Below, piece by piece: positions 32,445 through 44,830 of a DNA stretch of 64,000 nt. The stretch's first letter is position 1. Each line of letters opens with the position of its first letter. The notes under the pieces are model-generated. The model was not told the origin of the DNA, ran no database searches, and was given only the letters and a program-made list of their open reading frames with translations. The DNA is from Mustelus asterias. Taxonomy: Eukaryota. Both the position numbers and the translations under genes were made by a program. The stretch covers positions 186,001 through 250,000 of the forward strand of contig NC_135823.1 in NCBI RefSeq assembly GCF_964213995.1. Reading direction: 5' to 3'.

Positions 32445-35075
32445 TAGAACATAGAACATTGAACATAGAACAGCACAGCACAGAACAGGCCCTTCGGCCC
32501 ACGATGTTGTGCCGAGCTTTATCTGAAACCAAGATCAAGCTATCCCACTCCCTATCATTCTGGTGTGCTCCATGTGCCTATCCAATAACCGCTTAAATGT
32601 TCCTAAAGTGTCTGACTCTACTATCACTGCAGGCAGTCCATTCCACACCCCAACCACTCTCTGCGTAAAGAACCTTCCTCTGATATCCTTCCTATATCTC
32701 CCACCATGAACCCTTTAGTTATGCCCCCTTGTAATAGCTCCATCCACCCGAGGAAATAGTCTGTGCACGTTCACTGTATCTATCCCCTTCATCATTTTAT
32801 AAACCTCTATTAAGTCTCCCCTCAGCCTCCTCCGCTCCAGAGAGAACAGCCCTCGCTCCCTCAACCTTTCCTCATAAGACCTACCCTCCAAACCAGGCAG
32901 CATCCTGGTAAATCTCCTCTGCACTCTTTCCAGCGCTTCCACATCCTTCTTATCGTGAGGTGACCAGAACTGCACACAATATTCCAAATGTGGTCTCACC
33001 AAGGTCCTGTACAGTTGCAGCATAACCCCACGGCTCTTAAACTCCAACCCCCTGTTAATAAAAGCTCACACACTGTAGGCCTTCTTCACAGCTCTATCCA
33101 CTTGAGTGGCAACCTTTAGAGATCTGTGGATATGGACCCCAAGATCTCTCTGATCCTCCACAGTCTTCAGAACCCTACCTTTGACACTGTAATCCACATT
33201 TAAATTAGTCCTACCAAAATGAATCACCTCACATTTATCAGGGTTAAACTCCATTTGCCATTTTTCAGCCCAGCTTTGCATCCTATCTGTGTCTCTTTGC
33301 AGCCTACAACAGCCCTCCACCACATCCACTACTCCATCAATCTTGGTGTCATCAGCAAATTTACTGATCCACCCTTCAGCCCCCTCCTCTAAGTCATTAA
33401 TAAAAATCACAAAGAGCAGAGGACCAAGCACTGATCCTTGTGGCACACCGCTAGCAACCTGCCTCCAGTCCGAAAATTTTCCATCCACCACCACCCTCTG
33501 TCTTCGATCAGATAGCCAATTACCTATCCAATCTGCCAACTTTCCCTCTATCCCACAGCTCCTTACTTTCATCATAAGCTGACCATGGGGACCTTATCAA
33601 ACGCCTTGCTAAAATCCATGTATATGACATCAACTGCCCTGCCTTCATCAACACACTTAGTTACCTCCTCAAATAATTCAATCAAATTTGTGAGGCACGA
33701 CTTGCCCTTCACGAATCAGTGCTGACTATCGCGGATTAATCTGCATCTTTCTAAATGGTCGTAAATTCCATCCTTAAGGATCTTTTCCATCAATTTACCA
33801 ACCATCGAAGTAAGACTAACCGGTCTATAATTACCAGGATCATTTCTATTCCCTTTCTTAAACAGAAGAACAACATTCGCCACTCTGCAGTCCTCTGGGA
33901 CCATCCCCGTGGACAGTGAGGCCCAAAACATCAAAGCCAAAGGCTCTGCAATCTCATTCCTTTCCTCCCAAAGAATCCTAGGATATATTTCATCAGGCCC
34001 AGGGGACTTATCGACCTTCAGTTTATTCAAAACTGCCAGTCCATCCTCCCTCCGCATAACTATTTCCTCCAGCCTATTAGTCTGTCACACCTTCTGTTCC
34101 TCAAAAACATGGTGAACACTGAAGAAAAGTACTCATTCATCACCTCGCCTATCTCCACTGACTCCATACACAAGTTCCCACTTCTGTTCTTGAACGGCCC
34201 TAACCTCACCCTGGTCATTCTTTTATTCCTCACATAAGAGTAAAAAGCCTTGGGGTTTTCCTTGATCCGACCCGCCAAGGACTTCGCATGTCCCCTCCTC
34301 GCACTCCTAAGCCCCTTTTTCAGCTAATTCCTTGCTAACGTGTAACCCTCAATCGAGCCATCTGAACCTTGTTTCCTCATCCCTACATAACCTTCCCTCT
34401 TCCTTTTCACAAGACATTCCACCTCTTTCATGAACCATGGTTCCCTCACTCGGCCATTTCCTCCCTGCGTGACAGGGACATACCTATGAAGGACACCCAA
34501 TATTTGTTCCTTGAAAAAGTTCCACTTTTCATGAGTGCCTTTCCCTGACAGTTTCTGTTCCCATCTTCTGTCCCCTAATTCTTGCCTAATCGCATCATAA
34601 TTACCTCTCCCCCACTTATAAACCTTGCCCTGCCACACGGCCCTATTCCTCTCCATTGCAATAAGAAAAGACACCGAATTGTGGTCACTATCTCCAAAGT
34701 GCTCTCCCACAACCAAATCTAACACTTGGCCCGGTTCATTTCCCAGTACCAAATTCAATGTGGCCTCACCTCTTGTCGGCCTATCCACATATTGTTTCAG
34801 GAAACCCTCCTGCACACACTGCACAAAAGCTGCCCCATCCGAACTATTTTACCTACAAAGGTTCCAATCAATATTTGGAAAGTTAAAGTCCCCCATGACA
34901 ACTACCCTGTGACCACCACACATATCCATAATCTGCTTAGCAATTTCTTCCTCCACATCTCTATATCTATACTTATATCTATAAGTATCTATATCTATAA
35001 TTTCTTCCTCCACATCTCTATATCTATACTTATATCTATAAGTATCTATATCTATAATTTCTTCCTCCACATCTC
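32445..35075 (-). mobile_element. 5'-truncated CR1 LINE (end of APE domain, RT, 3' tail)
   Basis: ORF fragments with GDFNFP, KSPGPD, NYRPVSLT, GVPQGSVLGP, FADD, RPHLEYC; gaacata-type repeat tail at ~32445. Confidence 0.93.
34942..35075. repeat. 57-bp tandem repeat (about 2.3 copies) at the 5' truncation point of a CR1
   Basis: aatttcttcctccacatctc occurs three times, separated by identical AT-rich spacers. Confidence 0.9.
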
Positions 35076-35947
35076 CAGACTATACATTGCAATCAGCTAG
35101 AATCAGCGTTCACACAGTAGAAACTGTGACCCCCATATTCAGGTGAAGGGAATTACCCTGTTCATGCGAGTTTGCTTTATTTTCCTCACAGAAATGTTCA
35201 GTAAAAGTTCACTAATGCTCTTCAGGGAAGGACATTTGCCGTCCTTACCTGGTTTGCTCGACATGTGACTCTGGAGCCGCTGCAATATTGTTGACTCTCA
35301 ACTGCTCTCGGGCAACTAGGGATGGGCAATAACATTTTTAAAGTTAAAGTTTAGTTATTTGTCTTACAAGTAGGCTTACATTAACACTGCAACGATGTTA
35401 CTGCGAAAATCACCGAGTCACCACACTCTGGCGCCTGTTTGCGTCCAATGAGGGAAACGTTAGCAAGGTCAATGCACCTAACTAGCATGTCATTCCGACT
35501 GTGGGAGGATACCGGAGCACCCAGAGGAAATCCATGCAGTCACGGGGAGAACGTGCAGACTCCGCACAGATGGTGACCAAAGTCAGGAATCACAGGCGGG
35601 TCCCTGTGAGGCAGCGACGCTAAACAGTGTGCCACAGTGCTTTCTAATGTTCTGGGAGACCCGGGTTCAAATCCCGCCTCCGCAGATGGTGGAATTTGAG
35701 TCCAACCAAAAAATATTTGGAATGAAGATTAACCATCATCGATTGTTGGAAAACCCCACCGGGTTAACTAATATCTTTCAGGGAAAGAAATCTGCCGCCC
35801 TGACTATCGTCTGCCCCATTACGTGACTCCAGAGTCACAGCAATATGGTAGACTTTCGACTGCCCTCTAAGGGCAACGAGGGATCGGCAATCGATGCCCA
35901 TTTCCGCCGAATGAATAAAAAGATTGATAGAGCGATCGATCTCCCTG

Positions 35948-36336
35948 NNNNNNNNNNNNNNNNNNNNNNNNNNNNNNNNNNNNNNNNNNNNNNNNNNNNN
36001 NNNNNNNNNNNNNNNNNNNNNNNNNNNNNNNNNNNNNNNNNNNNNNNNNNNNNNNNNNNNNNNNNNNNNNNNNNNNNNNNNNNNNNNNNNNNNNNNNNNN
36101 NNNNNNNNNNNNNNNNNNNNNNNNNNNNNNNNNNNNNNNNNNNNNNNNNNNNNNNNNNNNNNNNNNNNNNNNNNNNNNNNNNNNNNNNNNNNNNNNNNNN
36201 NNNNNNNNNNNNNNNNNNNNNNNNNNNNNNNNNNNNNNNNNNNNNNNNNNNNNNNNNNNNNNNNNNNNNNNNNNNNNNNNNNNNNNNNNNNNNNNNNNNN
36301 NNNNNNNNNNNNNNNNNNNNNNNNNNNNNNNNNNNN
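35948..36336. other. Assembly gap
   Basis: Run of N. Confidence 1.
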
Positions 36337-36345
36337 CTGTCTACC

Positions 36346-36381
<36 letters not shown>

Positions 36382-36591
36382 AAGGTAACGTTCCCTCTTG
36401 CAGGGTAATCGAGAAGGAGGTGGCAGATTTAAATCTGAGATGGGGGAAATTTTACTTCTGCCAAAGAATGGACAGTTTGTGGAAGTCACTACCATAGAGT
36501 GCGGTGGATGCCGGGACCTTGAGTTAATTAAGGATTAGGTAGACGACACATTAATTAGGAACGGTTTGAAGGGCTATGATGAACAGGCAGG

Positions 36592-37862
36592 ACAAAGAAA
36601 ACAAAGAACATGGAACAGAACAGTACAGGAAACAGCCCCTTCGACCCCCCAAGCCTGTGCCGCTCATTGGCCCAACTAGACCATTCGTTTGTATCCCTCC
36701 ATTCCCAGACTGCTCATGTGACTATCCAGGTAAGTCTTAAACGATGCCAGCGTGTCCGCCTCCACCACCCTACTTGACAGTGCATTCCAGGCCCCCACCA
36801 CTCTCTGTGTAAAAAACGTCCGTCTGATATCTGAGTGATACCTCGCCCCTCTCACCTTGAGCTCGTGACCCCTCGTGATCGTCACCTCCGACCTGGGAAA
36901 AAGCTTCCCACTGTTCACCCTATCTATACCCTTCATAATTTTGCACACCTCTATTAGGTCTCCCCTCATTCTCCGTCTTTCCAGGGAGAACAAGCCCAGT
37001 TTACCCAATCACTCCTCATAGCTAAGACCCTCCATATAAGGCAACATCCTGGTAAACCTTCTCTGCACTCTCTCTAAAGCCTCCACGTGCTTCTGGTAGT
37101 GTGGCGACCAGAACTGGATGCAGTACTCCAAATGTGGCCGAACCAACGTTCTATACAGCTGCAACATCAGACTTCGGCTTTTATACTCTATACCCCGCCC
37201 TATAAAGGCAAGCATACCATATGCCTTCTTCACCACCTTCTCCACCTGTGCTGCCATCTTCAAGGATTTGTGGACTTGCACACCTAGGTCCCTCTGTGTT
37301 TCTATACTTTTGATGGCTCTGCCATTTATTGTATAACTCCCCCCTACATTAGTTCTTCCAAAATGCGTCACTTCGCATTTATCTGGATTAAATTGCATCT
37401 GCCATTTCTCCGCCCAATTTTCCAGCCTATCTATATTCTGCTGGATTGCCCGACAATGTTCATCGTTATCCGCAAGTCCAGCCGTCTTCGTGTCATCCGC
37501 CAACTTGCTGATAACACCAGTTACACCTTCTTCCAAATCATTTGTATATATCACAAATAGTAGAGGTCCCAGTACAGAGTCCTGTGGAACACCACTGGTC
37601 ACAGACCTCCAGCCGGAAAAAAGACCCTTCGACCACTACCCTCTGTCTCCTATGGCCAAGCCAGTTCTCCACCCATCTAGCCACTTCTCCTTGTATCCCA
37701 TGAGCCTTAACCTTCTTAACCAACCTGCCATGAGGGACTTTGTCAAATGCCTTACTGAAATCCAGATAGACAACATCCACGGCCCTTCCTTCCTCAACCG
37801 TTTTTGTCACTTCCTCAAAAAACTCCACCACATGTGAAGGCACGACCTCCCTCTTACAAAAC
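36592..37862 (-). mobile_element. CR1 LINE 3' fragment (RT C-terminal half)
   Basis: DFSKAFDKV, GVPQDSVLGP, LADD, RPHLEYC, RGDLIEV. Confidence 0.92.
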
Positions 37863-37975
37863 AGGACAGTAAAGCTGAGGGTCAGATCAGATCAGCTATG
37901 ATGGTAACAAATGGTAGACCAGTCTAGAGAGGCCAATTTGCCTTTTCCTGCTCTCAGTTCTTATGACTCTTGTGT

Positions 37976-39398
37976 GTGAGAGAGAAAGGGTGACTGAGAA
38001 GGAGAGCGATGGGGGAGCGACCGGGGGGCGGGGGGGGGGGGGGGGGCGGGGGGTGGGGTGGTGCTGTTGGGAGGGACACAGCCAAATAGGTGGAAATAAG
38101 TTATTCAGCCTCTCATATATACGCTGTCTCTTTGAACGAGCTCTGCAATTGGATCCAAAGTTTTCCAATAGCATTACCAAATTCTTCCCGTCAAGTCACA
38201 ATCTGACTTCCGTTTTGCAAGCTACTGTTGAATATGCTTCCAACCCCCTTTTCAGGCAATGGATTTTGAATGGAGTCAATGGGCAGCCTTGCGACGACAA
38301 GTGGCAAAGTATCAATGGTGCTACACATGGGCCAGGCAATGACTATATCCAACATGAGAGAATCGGACATTTCATCTTGACATTAAATTGAAATGCCATC
38401 GCCAAATCCCCTAGTATCAAATTCCTGGGCGTTAACATTGTCCAGAAGCTGAATTGGAGTGGCCATATAAGTGTATTGATTGAAAGGGAATATCAGAGGC
38501 TACGAATCTTGCAGCGAAAAGCTCGCCTCCTGACTCCAAAATACTTTTTGCTACCCAGAAAGCACGAATCACGACAGAGGTTTTAGCACTACTGTTTCAC
38601 CGGGCCTTGGACCCGGGTTCGATTCCAGGCTTGCACCACTGTCTGTGCAGTGTCTGCACATTCTCCCCGTGTCTGCGGGGGATTCCTCTTCGTGCTCCGG
38701 TTTCCTCCCACATTCCGAAGGACATGCTGATTAGGCGCATTGGCCATGCTAAATTCTCGCTCAGTGTACCAGAACAGGCGCCAGAGTGCAGCGACCAGGA
38801 GATTTTCACAGTGACGTCATTGCAGTGTTCATGGAAGCCTACTTGTGACACGAATAAATGAACTTTCACTAAAGTCAGAAGTGTGATGGGATACTTTCCA
38901 AATTGCCTGCATTAGTGTTACCCCAAAAGCATTCATGAAATTTGGCGCCATCCAATGCAATGCGGCCCAGTTGGTTGGCTCCATTTCCACAAATATTCAC
39001 TCCTCCCACCATCGAGGAACTGTGCCAGCAGTGTGCACCATCTACAAGATGAATTGCATAAGTTCACTAAGGCTCCTTATACATGACTGATACCTTCTTG
39101 AAGGGACCTGGACACGAGATAAATGGAGCACCAGTTCCTGAATGTTTCCCTGACTTGGAAATATACCATCTGTTCTTCACTATTGCTCAGTCAAAATCCT
39201 GAGAGGGAGAGAGATGAGGGGGGGGGGGAGAGGGGGGGAAAGGGGGGGGGGGGGAAGTCGGGGGGAGGGTGCTGTTGGGGGATGGGGGGTCACAGCCAAA
39301 TACGTGGAAATAAGTTATTCAGCCTCTCATATATACGCTGTCTCTTTGAACGAGCTCTGCAATTGGATCCAAAGTTTTCCAATAACATTTCCAAATTC
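37976..39398 (+). repeat. Local direct duplication (~37976-38184 and ~39200-39398)
   Basis: cacagccaaata.gtggaaataagttattcagcc...ccaaattc core is nearly identical in both copies; each is preceded by a GA/G-rich tract. Confidence 0.9.
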
Positions 39399-39545
39399 CC
39401 TTCCGAACAGCATTATGGGTGTAACAACACCAATTGGTGTGTACCGGTTGAAGAAGGCATCTCACTATCACATTCTCAAGGTATTTTAGGGATGGGCAAT
39501 TAGCTCTGGCCTGGCCAGCGACGCCTACATCCGGTAAATTAATTT
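38270..39545 (+). mobile_element. Older copy of the same L2/CR1-group LINE, interrupted by a SINE (~38580-38870) and a templated insertion (39200-39398)
   Basis: Colinear similarity with 47530-48320. Confidence 0.7.
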
Positions 39546-40039
39546 TAATAATCCAATCCTCTTTTCCAATTGATGCCAGTACCTTTGCACCATTCTCTTC
39601 TCAGCTGGCACCGTGCTGAGGAATGCAGTAAAGCTTGGGACAGCCGCTATAGAGGCACAATGGGGGAAGGTCGAAGACTAAGACAATTCTGCCATTGTCC
39701 ACCTTGGGGTGGGTAATTTTCTGGAGCACCTCCCTCATAATGAAAATACATGGTGAATATTAGATAGATCATAATTGTATTCAAGCATCTCTAACTGCCA
39801 CTTGATCAATGTGGGCAACCCAAGTGCTGTTGCACTTTTGCTACTGGCCGATTTGACATTTCTCTTGTGTTCCTTTGACTGCATTGAAGCACATCAGAGG
39901 CAACATGATCTATGAAGAAAAGTTAAACATCATTAAAATGAAGATAATTCCAGCTACAGACAAATATCACTTTATTAGTATGTAAATGTATGTCTCAGGT
40001 ATAAGTGAACAATTAAATTAATCAGCTTGGGGAGAATAA

Positions 40040-40700
40040 GTGTGCGTGTGTTTGTGTGACAGTGTGTGTGTGACTGTGGGTGTATGAGTTAATGAGTGAG
40101 AGTGTGTTTGTGTGTGTCTGTAAGTGTGTGTGCATGCTTGTGAATGTATGTGAATGAGTATGTGAGCGTGTGTGTGAGTGTGTGTGTGCATGTGTGTGTA
40201 TGCATGTTTTTGAGTTTGTGAGTGTGTGTGTGAATGAGTGTGTGCTTGTGTGAGTGTGTGTCAGTGTATGTGTGCGTGAGTGCGTGTGTGCGTTTGTGTG
40301 TGTGGAGTGAACGTGTGTATGTGTGCGAGAGTGTATGTGTGGGAGTGGGAGTACATGTGTGAGTTTGTGCGCATGTGTGTGAGAGTATATGTGGGAGTGT
40401 GAGTGTTGTGTGTATGCGTGTATTTATGTGTGTGAGTTTTTGAGTGTGTGTGTTCTTGTATGCGTGTGTGAATACGTGTGTGTTTGTGTGAATGTGTGTG
40501 TGTATGTCAGTGCGTGTGCACGTGTTTTTGTGTTTGCAATGTGTGTGTGAGTATTTGTCTGCGTGTGTGTATGTGAGTGTGAGTTTAAGTGCTTGTATGA
40601 GTGTGTATCTGTGAATGTGTGAGTGTGTGTGAGAGAGTGTGAATGTGCGATTGGATACGTCTGTCTGTGCATTTTTATGAATGTTTGCGAGTGCTTGCTG
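40040..40700. repeat. Degenerate (GT)n microsatellite
   Basis: Directly visible. Confidence 0.95.
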
Positions 40701-42753
40701 TACCTCAGAGGGTCGCTGCTTATCTCTTATAACATCCACAAACCCCACCTTCCAACACGCAGTAGAAAGTGGGAAACTGAAAGACAAATATAGGGAAAGC
40801 AATTATGTTACGTAGATACCTTTTTCAAAGAACTAACACAATGGACCGGATGGCTTCCAAGATTGGATGATGCTCGGATACAGGATGGGCTAATTTGAAA
40901 TCTTATTGAAGTATTTTTGAATCTTCCGAATTAATATACATCCCAGAATCAATGCGGAATCTTTCTGCTACACTGGGGTGTTTTGCACTGGAAAAGGAAT
41001 GGAAAATAAAAGGTGGGTCACAGAAAAGAAACCGAATGTTTTCCCTCTGATAAATTAGAGAGGCAGGATTTTCTTGTGGAAATAGACAGGGAGCCATGGA
41101 GACGCCTAGGAAATAAAGAAACCACCCTGTCCACTCACCATGTTGTCCAAAATACTGACAACATTTGCAAAATGCAAAATAAACTGTTTCCATTTGATTT
41201 TGATTTGAGTTGATTCATCATTGTCACATGTATTAGCATACAGTGAAACGTATTGTTTCGTGTGCGCTATACAAAGCATATCGTTCACAGAGAAGGAAAG
41301 GAGAAAGTGGAGAATGTAATGTTCCAGTCATACGTAGGGGGTAGAGAAAGATCAACTTAATATCAGGCAGGTCCACTCAAAAAGGCTGCTGGCAGGAGGG
41401 AAGAAGCTGCCTTTGAGTCGGTTGGTACATGTTCTCAGAATTTTGTATCATTTTCCAGACAGAAGACGGTGGAAGAGAGAATGTCCAGTGTGCGTGTGGT
41501 CCTTGATCATGCTGGCTACTTTTGCCGAGGCATCGAGGTGAAGATTGAGCACTGCTGATGATATTCCACTGTATTTTTATAATCCCAGTATGTAGTGAAC
41601 GTTAATCAAAATTTAGGGACTTTGCTGAGATTCACTGAACCTCTCTTGTTGATCCTGAAACTTCAGTTGTTGACAAAATTTTAATCTCTTTGCAAATGAC
41701 AGTTCGTATCTGAAAATCAATTATTCTTCGGTGATGGAGATTCAGAAGAGATTTGTATTTATCGGTAATTGACTCATAATTCGATGTGAAATGGATGAAA
41801 TTGCAATTCGTGGTGAGTTGGCAATATCAGCATGGGATTTGATGCTGTGAGCGGCAGGTTGTCTGTCTGAGGTGCAACTTGTTCAACCAATTACAGAATT
41901 GAAACACAGCAGGGACTGGACACGGGCAGTGATGCACGAATGTAAGAGTGGCGATGGCCTAGTGGTATTACCGCTGCATTGTTAATCCAGAAAGTGTGCT
42001 AACGTTCTGGTGGCCCAGGATCGAATCTCACCACGGCCTGGGGTCCGTTTTGAATTCACTAAAACAAATCTGGAATTAAGAATCTACTGAGAGCCATGAA
42101 TCGATTGTCAGAAAAGAAATACCTCTTGTTCGCGAATATCCTTTAGGGAAAGAAATTTCCCCTCCTTTTCTCGTGTGGACTCTGGAGCCACAGCAATGTG
42201 GTTGATTCTCAGCTTCCCTCCAAGAGCAACGAGGGATGGGCAATAAATGCTGGCCCAGCCAGCGACGTGCCCCAATAATGAATTAAAATAAAAACTTGCG
42301 ATGGTTTCATTTTACCTTTACACAATAAAATGTGTTTTTATTTCAACCCATTGGTTCACTGCACTGTGTTTTCGAAGTGGTCATATATTTGAAGAGCCAA
42401 ATTTTCCCAAAGCTTTCGCTCCTTTTCTTTATTTTTCTCCCTAACTTCGCTGTACTTCAGAGGGCACTTGAGAGTCAACCACATGGCTGTGGGTATGGAG
42501 TCAAATGTAGGCCAGACCAGATGAGGATGGCAGATTTCCTTCCCAAAACCAGTTGGGTTTTACGACACTCCGCGTTGGTTTAATGGCTATCCCTTGAGCA
42601 TCTCCCTGGGCCGTTGGAAATCGTCTGGTGATAATTCCATTGTGCCATTGTCTCTCATATCCATGATATATATGTAGATGTCGGCGTTAGACTGAGGTGG
42701 GCACAGTAAGAAGTCTCACAACACAGGTTAAGATCCAACAGGTTTATCTGGAA

Positions 42754-42790
42754 TCACGAGCTTTCGGAGCGCTGCTCCTTCCTCAGGTGA
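42754..42790 (-). ncRNA. Minimal type I hammerhead ribozyme motif (second copy, opposite strand)
   Basis: Exact reverse complement of 43271-43307. Confidence 0.8.
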
Positions 42791-43270
42791 ATGGAGAGCT
42801 AGGTTCACAAACACGGCCTATAAAGACAGAGACACAATTACAAGATAATGGTTGGAATGTGAGTCTTTACACGTAATCAAGTTTTTTACAGGTACAGACA
42901 ATGCGAGTGGGGAGAGGGATAATCACACATTAAAGAGGTGTGAATTGTCTCAAGCCCGGACAGTTAGGCTGATTTTGCAAACACAGGCCAAATGTTGGGG
43001 GATACATGTAGTGTGACATGAACCCAAAATTACAGTTGAGGCTTCCCTCGTGCATGCGGTACTTCGCTATCAGTTTGTGCTCGGCGATTCTGCATTGTCA
43101 TGTGTCTTGTAGGCCGTCCAGGAGAATGCTTACCCATGATTATCCCTTGCTCCACTCTCATTGCCTGTACCTGTAAAGACTTAATTTCCTGTAAAGACTC
43201 GCATTCCAACCATTGTCTTGCAATTGCGACTCTGTCTTTATAGGCCGTGCTTGTGAACCCACCTCTCCAA

Positions 43271-43307
43271 TCACCTGAGGAAGGAGCAGCGCTCCGAAAG
43301 CTCGTGA
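43271..43307 (+). ncRNA. Minimal type I hammerhead ribozyme motif in Penelope pLTR
   Basis: tcac-CTGAGGA-a-ggagc(agc)gctcc-GAAA-gctc-gtga: CUGANGA and GAAA core boxes, stem II ggagc/gctcc, stem I tcac/gtga. Confidence 0.8.
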
Positions 43308-44044
43308 TTCCAAATAAAGCTGTTGGACTTTAACCTGGTGTTGTGGGATTTCTTACTGGCCCCTCATACCATAATAAAGATTCATTTCCATGACAACGTT
43401 GTTATCATTGTACTATGCAACTTCTAGGATGGTAGAATGTAATCTTGATGGAGCTTTGCGTTTTTCAGTTTTGTAATTCGTCTGTTACTCAATCCAAGTT
43501 TGTCAGGCTTTGCAAGAAAGTTTTTAGTTGGCGATAGAGGGTTTCAGTGCACCTGGTTATTCTGCATCGGAGTCACATCTGTCGAAGCAGTTCCACCTTG
43601 TTTACTCTTCAATCAAAAGGTACAATCAAATGAGGTTCAATGCAACATTTGCAGTTTCTGGTAAACTATATTGTAAAATTCATCTCCCAGATACTGGCCA
43701 GCAAAATGCATTACCGATTTAGATGAGCTTTTGACTTTCCCGTTCTTGTGAATGTGAAATTTGATTATACTATAAACAGAAATGTCGGATAAACTCAGCA
43801 CCATTTGCAGATCAGTGGAGACAGAAACATCTTGTTCTTGTCACCAACATTACCAGGGACAATTCAAAAATGGACAAACCTGAGGTAAGGGAAACGAATT
43901 TACCAAGTAAAAGCAGATAGATGCATACGGAGAGAGAGAGAGAGAGAGAGAGGGAAATAGAGTGTGAGGGAATGAAATAGGATAGGATGGATAGAAATGA
44001 AGACAGATAGAAAAATAGATAAATGCATAGAGGAAAGAGTATAC

Positions 44045-44310
44045 AGATGGCTGGGCAAATGGATGGAGGGACGGACTGATGGAGGGATCGATGGACAGAT
44101 GGAGGGATGGACCGACGGATGGATGGATGGATGAACGGATTGATTGACGGACGGATCAATGGGTGGACAGCCGGACAATGGAGGATGTACAGACGGATGG
44201 GTAAATGGATGGATGGATGGGTGGGTGGGTGGGCGGGCGGGCGGGCGGACGGACGCGCGGGATGGACGGACGGATGGACGGACGGGGGAATGGATGGAAT
44301 GGTGGATAAT
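44045..44310. repeat. Degenerate (GGAT/GGAC)n microsatellite
   Basis: Directly visible. Confidence 0.9.
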
Positions 44311-44319
44311 GAACAGTCG

Positions 44320-44830
44320 ACTGTCGCCACACTACCAGAAGGACGTGGAGGCTTTAGAGAGAGTGCAGAGGAGGTTACCAGGATGTTGCCTGGTATGGAG
44401 GGGCCTAGTTATGAGGAGAGATTGGGTAAACTGAGCTTGTTCTCACTGGAAAGACGGAGGATGAGGGGAGACCTACTGGAGGTGTATAAAATTATGAAAG
44501 GCATAGATAGGGTGAACGGCGGGAAGCTTTTTCCCAGGTCGGTGGTGATGTTCACGAGGGGTCATAGGTTCAAGGTGAGGGGGAGAGGTTTAACACGGAT
44601 ATCAGAAGGACATATTTTACACAGAGGTTGGTGGGGGCCTGGAATGCGCTGCGAGGCAAGGTGGTGGAGGCGCGCACACTGGGAACGTTTAAGACTTATC
44701 TAGATAGCCATATGAATGGAGTGGGAATGGAGGGATACAAAAGAATGGCCTAGTTTGGACCAGGGAGCGGCACGGGCTTGGAGGGCCGAAGGGCCTGTTC
44801 CTGTGCTGTATTGTTCTTTGATCTTTGTTT
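44320..44830 (+). mobile_element. CR1 LINE 3' fragment, same subfamily as the 58-62.8 kb element
   Basis: SPHYQKDVEALE..RGDLLEVYKIMKG; 3' UTR closely matches 62320-62820. Confidence 0.9.

Larger units (their letters stand above)
42672..43362 (-). mobile_element. Truncated Penelope-like retroelement with inverted pseudo-LTRs
   Basis: Arms ~42705-42925 and ~43138-43358 are reverse complements. The spacer encodes on the minus strand VSILLDGLQDT*QCRIAEHKLIAKYRMHEGSLNCNFGFMSHYM, resembling the C-terminus of a Penelope GIY-YIG endonuclease. Confidence 0.8.

Noticed and set aside
40089-40802. 237-aa His/Thr-rich ORF
   Set aside because: Translation of a (CA)n microsatellite.
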